Assembly: GCA_963997395.1 (NCBI GenBank)
Contig: CAXEMW010000002.1
Span: forward strand, 1 to 35,358
Origin: an uncultured Planctomycetaceae bacterium
GTDB taxonomy: Bacteria; Planctomycetota; Planctomycetia; Pirellulales; UBA1268
DNA: 35,358 bases
Direction of reading: 5' to 3'
A program made the translations under genes and the position numbers. This document shows, one piece after another, positions 8,398 through 17,568 of this stretch. Under the pieces are notes generated by a model. It was given only the letters and a program-made list of their open reading frames with translations. It ran no database searches and was not told the DNA's origin. The first letter of the stretch is position 1. Each line of letters begins with the position of its first letter.

Positions 8398-8967
8398 TTA
8401 TTGCCGGGGGTGGGTGGCCCGCCAGGTAGCCGGCCGAACGGGATCGGGTGCTTCCCATAGGCCAATCCGGGCTTTTTTCGCACCCTTCTCTGCAGCCACC
8501 AGATCAGTGGGTGGCGAATAGCGATCAAAGACCCAAGCGAGTCCTTCAGCAACAAGTTCCCGGTTAATATTCCTGTCATTCACCCAGAGAGTTGCAAGAA
8601 GACGGTCATATTGATCACGACCATTTGGTGTCATGTGAAATGGAGTTTTGTTTAACTTTTGAGCGAGTGCCTGTTGGGCTGCTTGTCCATAAGGCTGCCG
8701 GTACTCAGGAGCATCAATATCTGCAAGTCGAACTTTTTCAACATGACCGTTTTGATTAACAACTGTTACGGTGTCGCCGTCATGAACTTTTCGAACGGTC
8801 CATGTTGTTTTGGATAAAGAATGCGTGTCTTGCTGACGACGACACTCACCAATCGTCAAGATGGGGACAAGAAGAGCAAGTACACCGAGTAGTTTGTAGA
8901 GCTTGGAATACATTCGCCGTTGCCACAGAGAAGACTTTGATAGGAAATATGCAGTTCTATCGAGCAT
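8398..8967 (-). CDS. Thermonuclease (staphylococcal nuclease, SNase) family protein, exported or anchored
   Basis: VHDGDTVTV...VRLADIDAPE...GRDQYDRLLA...NRELVAEGLAWVF match SNase core motifs. A hydrophobic N-terminus is present. An alternative ATG start lies at 8913 (MYSKLYKLLGVLALLVPIL...). Confidence 0.8.
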   Translation of the reverse strand: MLDRTAYFLSKSSLWQRRMYSKLYKLLGVLALLVPILTIGECRRQQDTHSLSKTTWTVRKVHDGDTVTVVNQNGHVEKVRLADIDAPEYRQPYGQAAQQALAQKLNKTPFHMTPNGRDQYDRLLATLWVNDRNINRELVAEGLAWVFDRYSPPTDLVAAEKGAKKARIGLWEAPDPVRPATWRATHPRQ

Positions 8968-9034
8968 ACCGTCAAACCAAGGTATTCCGTGATCTTCTAC
9001 TCACTATGAAGATAGTGGTGTGACCAGAAACTTT

Positions 9035-9835
9035 TTATGAAGGACGTCCACCGGGTGGGCCCCGACGTCCTGGAGGTCCACCGCCTCGGCCAGGTTCCAT
9101 ACCGAGTTGCTCACGACGTTCGTTCATGGCACGTCTGTATTCTGTTCGGAGAGCTCTTTCATCTGGAGATGAGTTGTCGAGGCGGCGCTTCATCCAATCG
9201 TTCCGGGTGTCTTCCGTTCGCTGTCCGCCACGACCTCCGGGACCTGGTTCACCACCGGCGTTTGGCCCACGCCCTCGGCCTTCCTGTCCACCACCATTTC
9301 GACCGTTCTCCGCAGTCTGGCCATTCGCATTAGCTTGCTCACGGGCAGCCCTTTCAGCTGCCCATCGTTCTCGACGCTCTTTGCTGCGTGCCTCTTCAGC
9401 CTTTATTCGTCTGTCCATTTCGGCCCGGCGTTGCTCGGGGGGAAGTGCAAAATATGACTGGGTTGCTGCCCGTTCACGGGCATTAAAGAGTCGTCCCATA
9501 TCTTGGCGAATCTGCCCACGATATTTTTCAGGGACATCTCGAAATTTTTGGAACCACTCACCCATGTCAGGGCCTGAAGATCCATAGGGAATTTCATTTC
9601 GAGCTACTCTGGCAAGACGAGCAACCTCTTCATCGACCATTGAATGGATTTCAGCAACAGCCTCAGGCTCAGTGAATCCACCACTCCACCAGCTACCGAG
9701 AAGAAAGAGTAGCACGATACACGTACCAGCGACAGCAATACGAGATAGCCACTTCTTCCGCTTCGAGTGGCTATTGCCGGATTGCTGGCTCACAGCAGCA
9801 CGGATTGAATCACGAGTTTTTGAGGAAGCACTCAT
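9035..9835 (-). CDS. Hypothetical single-pass membrane protein with an Arg/Glu-rich and Gly/Arg/Pro-rich low-complexity tail
   Basis: 266 aa with a strong RBS (AGGAGAAGGG before ATG 9835). The TM segment is IAVAGTCIVLLFLLGSWW. A charged helical region (RRAEMDRRIKAEEARSKERRERWAAERAAREQ) is followed by GGQEGRGRGPNAGGEPGPGGRGGQ and ...GRGGGPPGRRGPPGGRPS. Confidence 0.6.
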   Translation of the reverse strand: MSASSKTRDSIRAAVSQQSGNSHSKRKKWLSRIAVAGTCIVLLFLLGSWWSGGFTEPEAVAEIHSMVDEEVARLARVARNEIPYGSSGPDMGEWFQKFRDVPEKYRGQIRQDMGRLFNARERAATQSYFALPPEQRRAEMDRRIKAEEARSKERRERWAAERAAREQANANGQTAENGRNGGGQEGRGRGPNAGGEPGPGGRGGQRTEDTRNDWMKRRLDNSSPDERALRTEYRRAMNERREQLGMEPGRGGGPPGRRGPPGGRPS

Positions 9836-10012
9836 GCCCTTCTCCTAAAAAGTCATTCAGGGAATATTATTCGCAACGATACAAACACACTTCTATACAA
9901 GAGGCCTAAAGAGTGAAACGATTCAGACAAGAAGAAGTTCTGGAATGTAATAATACCATCGAATATATGCAAAAAAGAGACCAGTTCGAAATCCCGATAG
10001 GCCATGTTTTGG

Positions 10013-11833
10013 TTATAGTTCGACAACAAGTGGCTCGCTATCGGCGGAATGAGTCCACATCTGTGTAACCGATGCGCCATTTACCGAAACAGTGATTTCA
10101 TAGTCACCAAAGAATGCTTTGGTTTTCACTTGTCCTTTTGCGTCTGTCTGCATGTCCGTATTTGTGGCCCACGTTTTGTGTACAAGTTCTCGCCATATTT
10201 TGATAGCGGGTCGTTCAGTCCAATCTTTTCGAATCAGCGTCCCCTCAGGTTTCCAATGATAGCCAGCCCAGAAACCCCAGTTAATAAAGGCCGTCATCTT
10301 GGGATGACTAAATGAAAGCGTGAGTACATCCCGTAGATAATCGGCATGCAGTTCATCATCGTTACAAACAAAGTCATACTCAGTTACAACGAGCCGATCG
10401 ACAAGTGGTGCAAACCGTTCGTACCGTCGCCAGAGGTCTTCCATACCTCGTAGGTTGTTGATTGAAAAGTGACTCTGAAAACCAATGCCGTCTGCTTTTG
10501 ACGATGCCTGTTCTTGAAAAGTTTTCATGAACGTAAAAAACTTTTCCTCACGAGCATTGTCGAAGAGCGCTTCATTGACGATCAGTTCGGCAGATGTCAT
10601 CGTCCGCTGTTCAGCAAGAAGTTCTGAATAGATCGAAGGTCCAAAGACATCACGAAGATCTTTTTGGAATCGAATGGGGTGGTTAATGGCGTCCCATTCA
10701 TGGATGAAACCTTTTGTTTTTTGAAGAACATACTTTTCATGTTCGTGTATAGACGAGAGGATTTTTTCAGGTTCACCGGCTGTGACAAAAGCGTTGCTCC
10801 ATGGTTTCAAATTCCCCCAGACAAGTGTGTGCCCTCGCATGGGGAGTCGACGGTCGTGAGCCCAATGTAATGTGTTTGTTAGATCAGAGAGAAGCTGGTT
10901 CGCATAGTTTCCATCTTTTGTATGAGGTGTGTGTTGGGGTATCAGGGCAGGTACAGGAACGAGAGCGTGAAAGAGTTCTTCAAATGTTTGCCGATACCGA
11001 ATGGCATCAGGGCTCATGTCATCAACGAGACGAACCTGAAAAGTGCTCCCAAAACCAAAAGCGTGACGACGCATTCGTATGCGCACGTCAGCTTGCTGAA
11101 TAGTGTTTCCATGCGGATCGAGTACACGAACAATCAGCGGTGCTGTTCGGTATTTTGCTATTCGTGCGTCCGCATCCTGTCTCCAGGGAGCATCTGGTTC
11201 ACGGCCCTGATACCCAGCTTCCATCATGGGTAGTCGTGACATATCAAAACCAGATGGTGCCACATAAAGCCGGACATCCTCAATTTCAATACGTTGTGGT
11301 TGGACGTCAAAACTCAGGCGAATTTTTCCTGTATCTGCGGCAACTGGTTTGGCTGCTCGAAACGGGTGAAAGTACCATCCCCACTCGTGACCAATTGTGC
11401 CTTTGTGGTAGAGCGCTGTTTGCCGAAGCGTCTCCCGGTCACCGACGTGAATAAGGACTCGTCCGGGGCGCGGGTCATTTGCATTGTTGTCCGCATCAAC
11501 TATTCGGCATCGGACAGCTACAAAGCCGACACCATCCTCTTTTAGCGGGACATCAAACGTTTTCGAGAAGGCTAGTTTATTTCCCTTTCCGAGAGTCGCC
11601 GTTGACTCTGCCAGCCAAACAAAGCCATCTCCCGCAGGTAATTTTTTGAAGCAACCTGTTTCTACCGGCGACGGTAATGTTTTCGGAAGACCGCTCTCGA
11701 GGACCTGAGTAAGTTCATCGGGAAGAAAAGGTAACGACTGCGCGGTGCAGATGGTGCCCAATGTAAAAATGGAACCAAGAATCATCACGGCCCAGAATGA
11801 GTAATAAAGAACGATTCGATGGGTTCCGTTCAT
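10013..11833 (-). CDS. Exported GH10-like (clan GH-A) glycoside-hydrolase-fold protein with an N-terminal beta-sandwich-like region
   Basis: The start is ATG 11833, with GGAGA about 7 nt upstream and signal peptide MNGTHRIVLYYSFWAVMILGSIFTLGTICTAQS. GH10-type blocks are RGHTLVWGN, EWDAINHP, ADGIGFQSH and LVVTEYDF. Confidence 0.7.
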   Translation of the reverse strand: MNGTHRIVLYYSFWAVMILGSIFTLGTICTAQSLPFLPDELTQVLESGLPKTLPSPVETGCFKKLPAGDGFVWLAESTATLGKGNKLAFSKTFDVPLKEDGVGFVAVRCRIVDADNNANDPRPGRVLIHVGDRETLRQTALYHKGTIGHEWGWYFHPFRAAKPVAADTGKIRLSFDVQPQRIEIEDVRLYVAPSGFDMSRLPMMEAGYQGREPDAPWRQDADARIAKYRTAPLIVRVLDPHGNTIQQADVRIRMRRHAFGFGSTFQVRLVDDMSPDAIRYRQTFEELFHALVPVPALIPQHTPHTKDGNYANQLLSDLTNTLHWAHDRRLPMRGHTLVWGNLKPWSNAFVTAGEPEKILSSIHEHEKYVLQKTKGFIHEWDAINHPIRFQKDLRDVFGPSIYSELLAEQRTMTSAELIVNEALFDNAREEKFFTFMKTFQEQASSKADGIGFQSHFSINNLRGMEDLWRRYERFAPLVDRLVVTEYDFVCNDDELHADYLRDVLTLSFSHPKMTAFINWGFWAGYHWKPEGTLIRKDWTERPAIKIWRELVHKTWATNTDMQTDAKGQVKTKAFFGDYEITVSVNGASVTQMWTHSADSEPLVVEL

Positions 11834-12025
11834 CAGTTTCTCCAAACGATAAAGGAGGCAAGCGGTTTTCGGTTGTGTTAAAAGTGACTTGTGTAGCAGC
11901 ACGTGGTTCCCGTAATGCGAGTTGTTGGGTTTTCTATCACGCTACAATTCTGGATGATTTTTGAAAACCAAGGTACCATAAGAAGTTGCTGTGAAATGCA
12001 TTCAGAAATGAATAAAGGAAATGCA

Positions 12026-12517
12026 ATGAAATATTCTGATTGTACTCATTGGTTTTTCGTGTGCCTTGTGTTGATAGTGTGTGCAGCAAGGGGGCTCGCT
12101 GAACCGGCGGATCAAGTGAATCAGCAAGAAGGCAACAAAGAAGAAAAAATTCAACAAAAGGCTAGGGAAGAATATGCAGGCCTATGGCGAATTGAAACAG
12201 TTGCATCGAAAGGCGATACAACGGAACCAGATAAACGAATTGCCATTGAGAACAAGACGGATGGAACATGGGTCTTATTTATAGATAACGAAGAGTTCAG
12301 CAGTGGTACAAATTCTTTTGCTCCACTTTGTGATCCAAAGGAAATTGATATTTCTATTACAGGTGGTGAAGGCCAAGGAAAAGTTCTGCAGGGAATTTAT
12401 GAGATTGAAGAGTCAATACAGCGACTCTGTTTTCGAGGTGGTGATGGTTCGCGACCAGATAGTTTTGAGTCATTTTATGGTGACGAAAGTATTGTGGTGA
12501 CTTTTGTTCGTGAGTAA
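12026..12517 (+). CDS. TIGR03067-type planctomycete-specific domain protein (exported)
   Basis: The signal peptide is MKYSDCTHWFFVCLVLIVCAARGLA. The pattern GLWRIETV...DPKEIDISI...GKVLQGIYEIEESIQRLCF...RPDSF...VVTFVRE matches the family signature as I remember it. An alternative start lies at 12008. Confidence 0.6.
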   Translation: MKYSDCTHWFFVCLVLIVCAARGLAEPADQVNQQEGNKEEKIQQKAREEYAGLWRIETVASKGDTTEPDKRIAIENKTDGTWVLFIDNEEFSSGTNSFAPLCDPKEIDISITGGEGQGKVLQGIYEIEESIQRLCFRGGDGSRPDSFESFYGDESIVVTFVRE

Positions 12518-12585
12518 CTGCTGGAAAATTATGTTCAAGCTAAAGCAGTACGAGACATACCAGTGAAAAGAAAGTACGAGTAGGG

Positions 12586-13803
12586 ATGATTTCTAGGCTA
12601 TTTGTTTCATGTGTGTGTCTTTTCGCTCCTTTTGTTCTCCTTGTTGACACTACACATGCCAAGCAACTCGATGGGTTTGATCTTATAGCTATAGAAAAAC
12701 CCCGTGTCCTTGGAAAAGCAAACAACTATCTTTCCGAAGAGCCACGGACAGTCACGTTTTCACACTGTGAGAGAAGTGCTGGCGGTCGACACGATTATTA
12801 CTCAGAGGGCGATTATTGGTGGCCTGATCCAGAGAATCCTGACGGTCCCTTTATTCGAAGAGATGGTGAGACGTATCCCGAACTATTTTTGGATCACCGC
12901 CAAGCCATGATTCGGTTGAGTGAAATTGTAGGCACGCTCACGTCGGCATATATAGTCACCAAAGATGAACAGTACGCGACACACGCAGTCAAACATCTTG
13001 AAGCCTGGTTTGTGCAAAGCAGCACAAAAATGAACCCAAGTCTTCTTTATGGCCAGGCTATTCAGGGTCGTTACGAAGGTCGGAGTATTGGTGTTATCGA
13101 TACACTTCACCTTACCGAGGTAGCTCGAAGCGCAAAAATTCTTTGTTCATCACCTTCATTTCCAACCAAGTCTCAAGCAGGTGTCAGACAATGGTTTCAA
13201 ACCTATTTGACGTGGATCAATACTCACGAGTACGGCATTCGTGAAAAGAATCATCCAAATAATCATGGCGTATGCTGGTCGCTTCAGGCAGCGTCTTTTG
13301 CAGATTTCGTAGGCGATGAAGAAATTCTGCAATGGATTCGAGAGCAGTTTCAATCTGTTTACCTGCAGGAAATGATGGATGATTCGGGTGGGTTCCCTGC
13401 CGAACTAGCACGAACCAAGCCCTACGGATACTCACTCTTTGTCATCGATGCTATGGCCGGAGTAGCTCAAGTTGCATCTACAGAAGGAAACGATTTATGG
13501 GCTTTTCAATTACCAGACGGACGTGGCATGCACCGTGGAATTGAATTTATTGTTCCATATATTGAAGACAAATCTTCATGGCCATATCCGAAAGACATCA
13601 TGTATTGGAAGGAATGGCCCGTGCGGCACCCAAGCCTTCTTTTTGCAGGGCTTCATTATGAGGATGCCCGCTATCTAGATATCTGGAAAAACCTTGAAGC
13701 AGACCCAGAAACATTTGAAGTGAAGAGGAATCTTCCACTTCGCCATCCACTCTTATGGGTGTCAGAAAATGAAGCAGACAGTGTTTCTGGAATAGGCTTG
13801 TAA
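12586..13803 (+). CDS. Alginate lyase family (PL5-like, chondroitin AC/alginate lyase fold) protein, exported
   Basis: A signal peptide is present. GGRHDYYSEGDYWWPDPENPDGPFIRRDGETYPE and HPNNHGVCWSLQAASFA match conserved blocks of Alginate_lyase-domain proteins. Confidence 0.7.
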   Translation: MISRLFVSCVCLFAPFVLLVDTTHAKQLDGFDLIAIEKPRVLGKANNYLSEEPRTVTFSHCERSAGGRHDYYSEGDYWWPDPENPDGPFIRRDGETYPELFLDHRQAMIRLSEIVGTLTSAYIVTKDEQYATHAVKHLEAWFVQSSTKMNPSLLYGQAIQGRYEGRSIGVIDTLHLTEVARSAKILCSSPSFPTKSQAGVRQWFQTYLTWINTHEYGIREKNHPNNHGVCWSLQAASFADFVGDEEILQWIREQFQSVYLQEMMDDSGGFPAELARTKPYGYSLFVIDAMAGVAQVASTEGNDLWAFQLPDGRGMHRGIEFIVPYIEDKSSWPYPKDIMYWKEWPVRHPSLLFAGLHYEDARYLDIWKNLEADPETFEVKRNLPLRHPLLWVSENEADSVSGIGL

Positions 13804-13833
13804 GGACAGTGTCGATGCATTTGGTTCTAGATG

Positions 13834-15276
13834 CTACGGAGATGCTTGGAGTGGACCATCAATGTCGAACTCAACAACAGTAGCAATGTTGTGAAGAAGG
13901 GGTTCACCAACAAGTATTGTTGTCTGCTCTGGACCGGATGTAACACGAAGCTCTTTGCCATCAGCATGTTGTCGGGCAGTTGCGGTGGTATTCGTTCCAA
14001 GCGGCAGAATAAGCTTCCCATCAGCAGGCCAATCAAAGATGTGTAAGTATAGTCGAGTCTTTCCGTCAGGCAGTGGCTTTTGTGAGCATCGTCCCCAACT
14101 GAGTTTTTCAAAAGGGCTGGCCTTTGTGCCGTATATTGCTTCACCATTGGTCTTCATCCAGTCACCAATTACTTTGAGTGACGCAATACTTTCCTCTGGA
14201 ACGCTTCCATCGCCCGTGGGACCAATATTTAATAAATAGTTTCCACCCTTGCTTGCGACGTCGATGAGATTTCGAATGAGTGTCTCATCAGATTTCCATG
14301 CATGATCATGTTCACTGAACCCCCATGTTGTATTCATGGTCATGCATGTTTCCCAATCGAGATCAGGGAGTCCGGTCGCTGGAATATGTTGTTCAGGTGT
14401 GATGAAATCACCATATTTTGGTTCCAATTGATCAGTAACTGCATGAGTTCCCATGCCACTAAAACCAGCTTCAGGAATTCGAAAAAGTCGATTGTTCATG
14501 ATGATCTGGGGTTGCTTCTCCTTGACGCGATCCATGAGTTCAAAGGCTTTCCAGGCTCGTTCTCCTTGGAAGTCTGTTGAGCTGTAATCCCACCAGACAA
14601 CGTCTACTTGTCCATAATTGGACATCAATTCATTCGCTTGTGCGTGCAGAAACTGAATATATTTTTCATGGTCTCGATGGCCATTCGGATATGGCTGCCC
14701 TTTGAGTGGATAGGGCAACTCCTTCGACAAGAGATATGCATATTGATCATGATGCCAATCAATAACGGAGTGATAGAATCCGACTCGAAGCCCTTCTTTC
14801 CGGCAGGCATCAACGATCTCTTTCACAAGATCACGATGAAGTACAGAACCGGCATCAAATTCACTTACTTTTGAATCATGTAATGCAAAGCCGTCGTGGT
14901 GCTTTGTGGTAAAGACAAGGTATCGACAGCCAGCATTCTTTGCCATCTGAGCCCACTGGGTTGCAAAGTCTTCTTTTGGCTTAAATAGGGGTATCGCATT
15001 CTTTGCATAGGTTGCTGTGTCGGCTTTGACTCGTTGCTGTATCCACTCCATCCCGCCCTGCGTTGCAACAGGCTTGCCTTCCCAGGTACCAGCCAATCCA
15101 GAATAAAGGCCCCAGTGCACAAACATTCCAAAGCGTGCGTCCCGCCACCACTGCATGCGACTATCTCTTTGTTGGGACGACTCGGTCGCAGAAGAGGGTT
15201 TGTCAGAAGCGTGCCCACAAATAGAAAATGTGATCGCAATGAAAAAGAGAGTAAGTACGATGCAATGCTTGATCAT
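13834..15276 (-). CDS. Alpha-L-fucosidase (GH29), exported
   Basis: The signal peptide is MIKHCIVLTLFFIAITFSICGHA. MQWWRDARFGMFVHWGLYS and YLVFTTKHHDGFALHDSKVSEF are hallmark GH29 blocks. Confidence 0.9.
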   Translation of the reverse strand: MIKHCIVLTLFFIAITFSICGHASDKPSSATESSQQRDSRMQWWRDARFGMFVHWGLYSGLAGTWEGKPVATQGGMEWIQQRVKADTATYAKNAIPLFKPKEDFATQWAQMAKNAGCRYLVFTTKHHDGFALHDSKVSEFDAGSVLHRDLVKEIVDACRKEGLRVGFYHSVIDWHHDQYAYLLSKELPYPLKGQPYPNGHRDHEKYIQFLHAQANELMSNYGQVDVVWWDYSSTDFQGERAWKAFELMDRVKEKQPQIIMNNRLFRIPEAGFSGMGTHAVTDQLEPKYGDFITPEQHIPATGLPDLDWETCMTMNTTWGFSEHDHAWKSDETLIRNLIDVASKGGNYLLNIGPTGDGSVPEESIASLKVIGDWMKTNGEAIYGTKASPFEKLSWGRCSQKPLPDGKTRLYLHIFDWPADGKLILPLGTNTTATARQHADGKELRVTSGPEQTTILVGEPLLHNIATVVEFDIDGPLQASP

Positions 15277-15596
15277 AAGAGAACCTTTTGTGGTCTAGAA
15301 GAATGCTGTACCTGACTGGTTTTTCTCATCCCAGACACAACAGATATTGTTTCTGGTCACTACTTATCAACTAATTTTTTCAATGGTCGGAAACCCAACT
15401 GCTTTGCGGCATTGGACATTGATGCGAGTAAGACGTCCCCTCGTATTTCATAGTTACAGCTATAGGTTAACAGACGGTATGGCACGTTTGACTCCTGCCG
15501 AAAATACCATTTTTATACAGTTCGTTCGCCATATGCGGAAACACCTCAAACACATCGTGCGCTTCGCTTACATCTTCAGCCGCGTGAAATAGTTGT

Positions 15597-16466
15597 TTAC
15601 CCTTCCGGAATATCCTGTATGACTTTTTGAACCCATTTCCTTACACGATCACGATAGCTACTTGGGCGGTGCATCCATAAATCAGTGTGTGCATGCAGGT
15701 AAGGGCCCTCTGGGATATTGAATATGCTGTCTACTGGAACATCAAGGAACGTAAAGTCAGCAAGCTCAAGGTATTCAGCAAGGAAGTCTTTGCGAACTGC
15801 TGTTGCACGCTGCCCACATACAAGGACAGGTCTTCCTTGTAATCGTGAGAGACGGTGAAGAGCCGATTGGCGGTCACTGTGTGGGTATGGCCATTTTCTC
15901 ACGCCATCAAAATGATCGTGAGTGACGACAGCCTTCCAGAGCCCTGCAATTTCATCGTCAGCAAGCCCGATATAACTCGTTGCAATTGCACCACGAGAGA
16001 ATCCACAGATCAGCAGGTTGTCGATATCACCGCCAAACTCTTTACAGATTCGACCAATATTTTGTTTGCAGTATTGAACAGTTGCCTCCCGGTTGCCCCA
16101 CCATGTAACAGCATTGTGGTTGTTATCCATGGCGATATAGGGCATGACAATCCAGATAAACTGAGTGCCACCGCTGATACCATAGCCAAGGTTGGCGTCA
16201 CGTACCTCACCACTTCCGTTTCCTGGTGGAAATTTATTGCCGGTGTATTCAACCAGAACAGGGTATTTGTCTCCGGGCACCCAGTTTTGTGGGAGATAGA
16301 GTGAGTGATAAACATCCGTGCCATGATACTCAGGTGCTTGTTGCCAGACTCGTTTGCCTGCTGCTGGTGCCTCATGAGTCATTGGCGGTGTTACAAGATC
16401 GGAGGCGGCACCAATTTCTATAACAAGAGCGACTGCAGCAAGAAAAAACATGGTTCGCAGGATCAT
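15597..16466 (-). CDS. Exported alpha/beta-hydrolase (esterase-like)
   Basis: The ATG at 16466 gives signal peptide MILRTMFFLAAVALVIEIGAA; the ORF-track start at 16481 is TTG. The nucleophile elbow is LLICGFSRGAIAT (G-x-S-x-G). The overall layout resembles secreted polymer esterases. Confidence 0.65.
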   Translation of the reverse strand: MILRTMFFLAAVALVIEIGAASDLVTPPMTHEAPAAGKRVWQQAPEYHGTDVYHSLYLPQNWVPGDKYPVLVEYTGNKFPPGNGSGEVRDANLGYGISGGTQFIWIVMPYIAMDNNHNAVTWWGNREATVQYCKQNIGRICKEFGGDIDNLLICGFSRGAIATSYIGLADDEIAGLWKAVVTHDHFDGVRKWPYPHSDRQSALHRLSRLQGRPVLVCGQRATAVRKDFLAEYLELADFTFLDVPVDSIFNIPEGPYLHAHTDLWMHRPSSYRDRVRKWVQKVIQDIPEG

Positions 16467-16641
16467 GTCAGGTTGAGTCAATCAATGAGTGGTCGAGGCT
16501 CCTGACAAGGAGTCTACTGTCCTTTTGACTCCTTTTGAATCGGAAGTACCATCATAGAGCAGGCGTCATTTGTTACGCCCTGCAAGAACAGGTTGAAAAT
16601 CGAGGGAAGTGGTTGTTCTTTTTGACGAGGAAAAGTTTTTT

Positions 16642-17469
16642 ATGGGTGCTCAAAAACAGCGTCGGTCAATGGCAGAAAAAGCAGATAAGTACAAGTGCTA
16701 TTTGAAGTCAGTTCAGTCTCCTGAGCATGAAGTCGAATTTTTTGATAAAGCATTCAAGGATGAGTTTCATCGTAAGCCAACCACATTGCGTGAAGATTTT
16801 TGTGGCACCTTCTCAGTGTGTTGTGAATGGGTAAAGCTTGGCAGACAACGTACGGCACTCGGTGTCGACCTTGATCCAGAGCCATTGGCATGGGGGGAGA
16901 AACACATTCTTTCAAAGCTGCAATCCGCGCAGGCTTCACGGGTTCGCATCCTTGAAAAAGATGTTCGTGAAAAAACGCGGCCAGGTGCCGACGTTCTAGC
17001 CGCACAAAACTTTTCTTTCTGGCTATTCAAGACTCGCAAAGAATTATTGGAATATTTCCGCGTTGCCAGATCAAACATGAGTCGGCAGAGCGTCATGGTG
17101 ATGGATATGATGGGCGGTGGTGACTGCTATGCAGAAAATACAGTTGAAAAGAAAGTTGTGAAAAAAGGGAAAAAGGGTTTTAGCTATCACTGGAAACAGG
17201 TGCAGTTTAATCCGGTCACACACGAGGCTGATTTCTCAATTTCATTCAAATTCGCTGATGGCAGCAAATTGCAGGATGCCTTTCAATACAACTGGAGATT
17301 CTGGACGATTGCGGAGGTTCGAGAACTCCTCGAAGAAGCCGGTTTCAAGAAGTCATATGTCTACTGGGAAGAAGAAGACGAAGATGGCGAAGATACGGGT
17401 GAGTGGATCAAAGCCGAACAGGCTGAAAGCTATCCGAGTTGGTTGTGCTATATCGTTGCTGTAAAGTAG
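16642..17469 (+). CDS. Class I SAM-dependent methyltransferase-like protein
   Basis: LREDFCGTFSVCCEWVKLGRQRTALGVDLDPEPLAWG looks like a motif I/post-I region. The C-terminus is acidic. ATG 16642 is preferred over the upstream GTG at 16609. Confidence 0.65.
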   Translation: MGAQKQRRSMAEKADKYKCYLKSVQSPEHEVEFFDKAFKDEFHRKPTTLREDFCGTFSVCCEWVKLGRQRTALGVDLDPEPLAWGEKHILSKLQSAQASRVRILEKDVREKTRPGADVLAAQNFSFWLFKTRKELLEYFRVARSNMSRQSVMVMDMMGGGDCYAENTVEKKVVKKGKKGFSYHWKQVQFNPVTHEADFSISFKFADGSKLQDAFQYNWRFWTIAEVRELLEEAGFKKSYVYWEEEDEDGEDTGEWIKAEQAESYPSWLCYIVAVK

Positions 17470-17568
17470 ATGTTGGAAGCGATAGGTGCCTTCTTAGACG
17501 TTCATAAGGGGTGTGTCTTGTGGAAGCCCTTTGTCTTCAGTCACGGAGGATGTTCTTCATTGAATTCT

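Noticed and set aside
9126-9587. 153-aa plus-strand ORF (Pro/Arg/Ser-rich), together with the ORF at 9037-9333
   Set aside because: They are antisense shadows of the G+C-rich Arg/Gly/Glu-coding gene at 9035-9835. Their composition is what reverse-complement reading of GRG/ERR codons would give, and they have no start context or family.
9984-9994. GTTCGAAATCC, reminiscent of a tRNA T-loop (GGTTCGAATCC)
   Set aside because: It has an extra base relative to the consensus, and I could not build a matching acceptor or anticodon stem from the flanks.
15476-15516. Plus-strand terminator-like structure GGTAT-GGCA-(11 nt)-TGCC-GAAA-ATACC followed by ATTTTTAT
   Set aside because: The stem is interrupted by a 4-nt bulge and has only 9 bp in total. 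No plus-strand gene lies upstream, and it faces the wrong way for the flanking minus-strand genes. This is too weak to call an sRNA or a terminator.
15347-15592. 81-aa ORF in the 320-nt gap between the esterase and fucosidase genes
   Set aside because: It has a TTG start, no RBS and no recognisable motif or hydrophobic pattern. The gap is more simply the esterase 3' region plus the fucosidase promoter.
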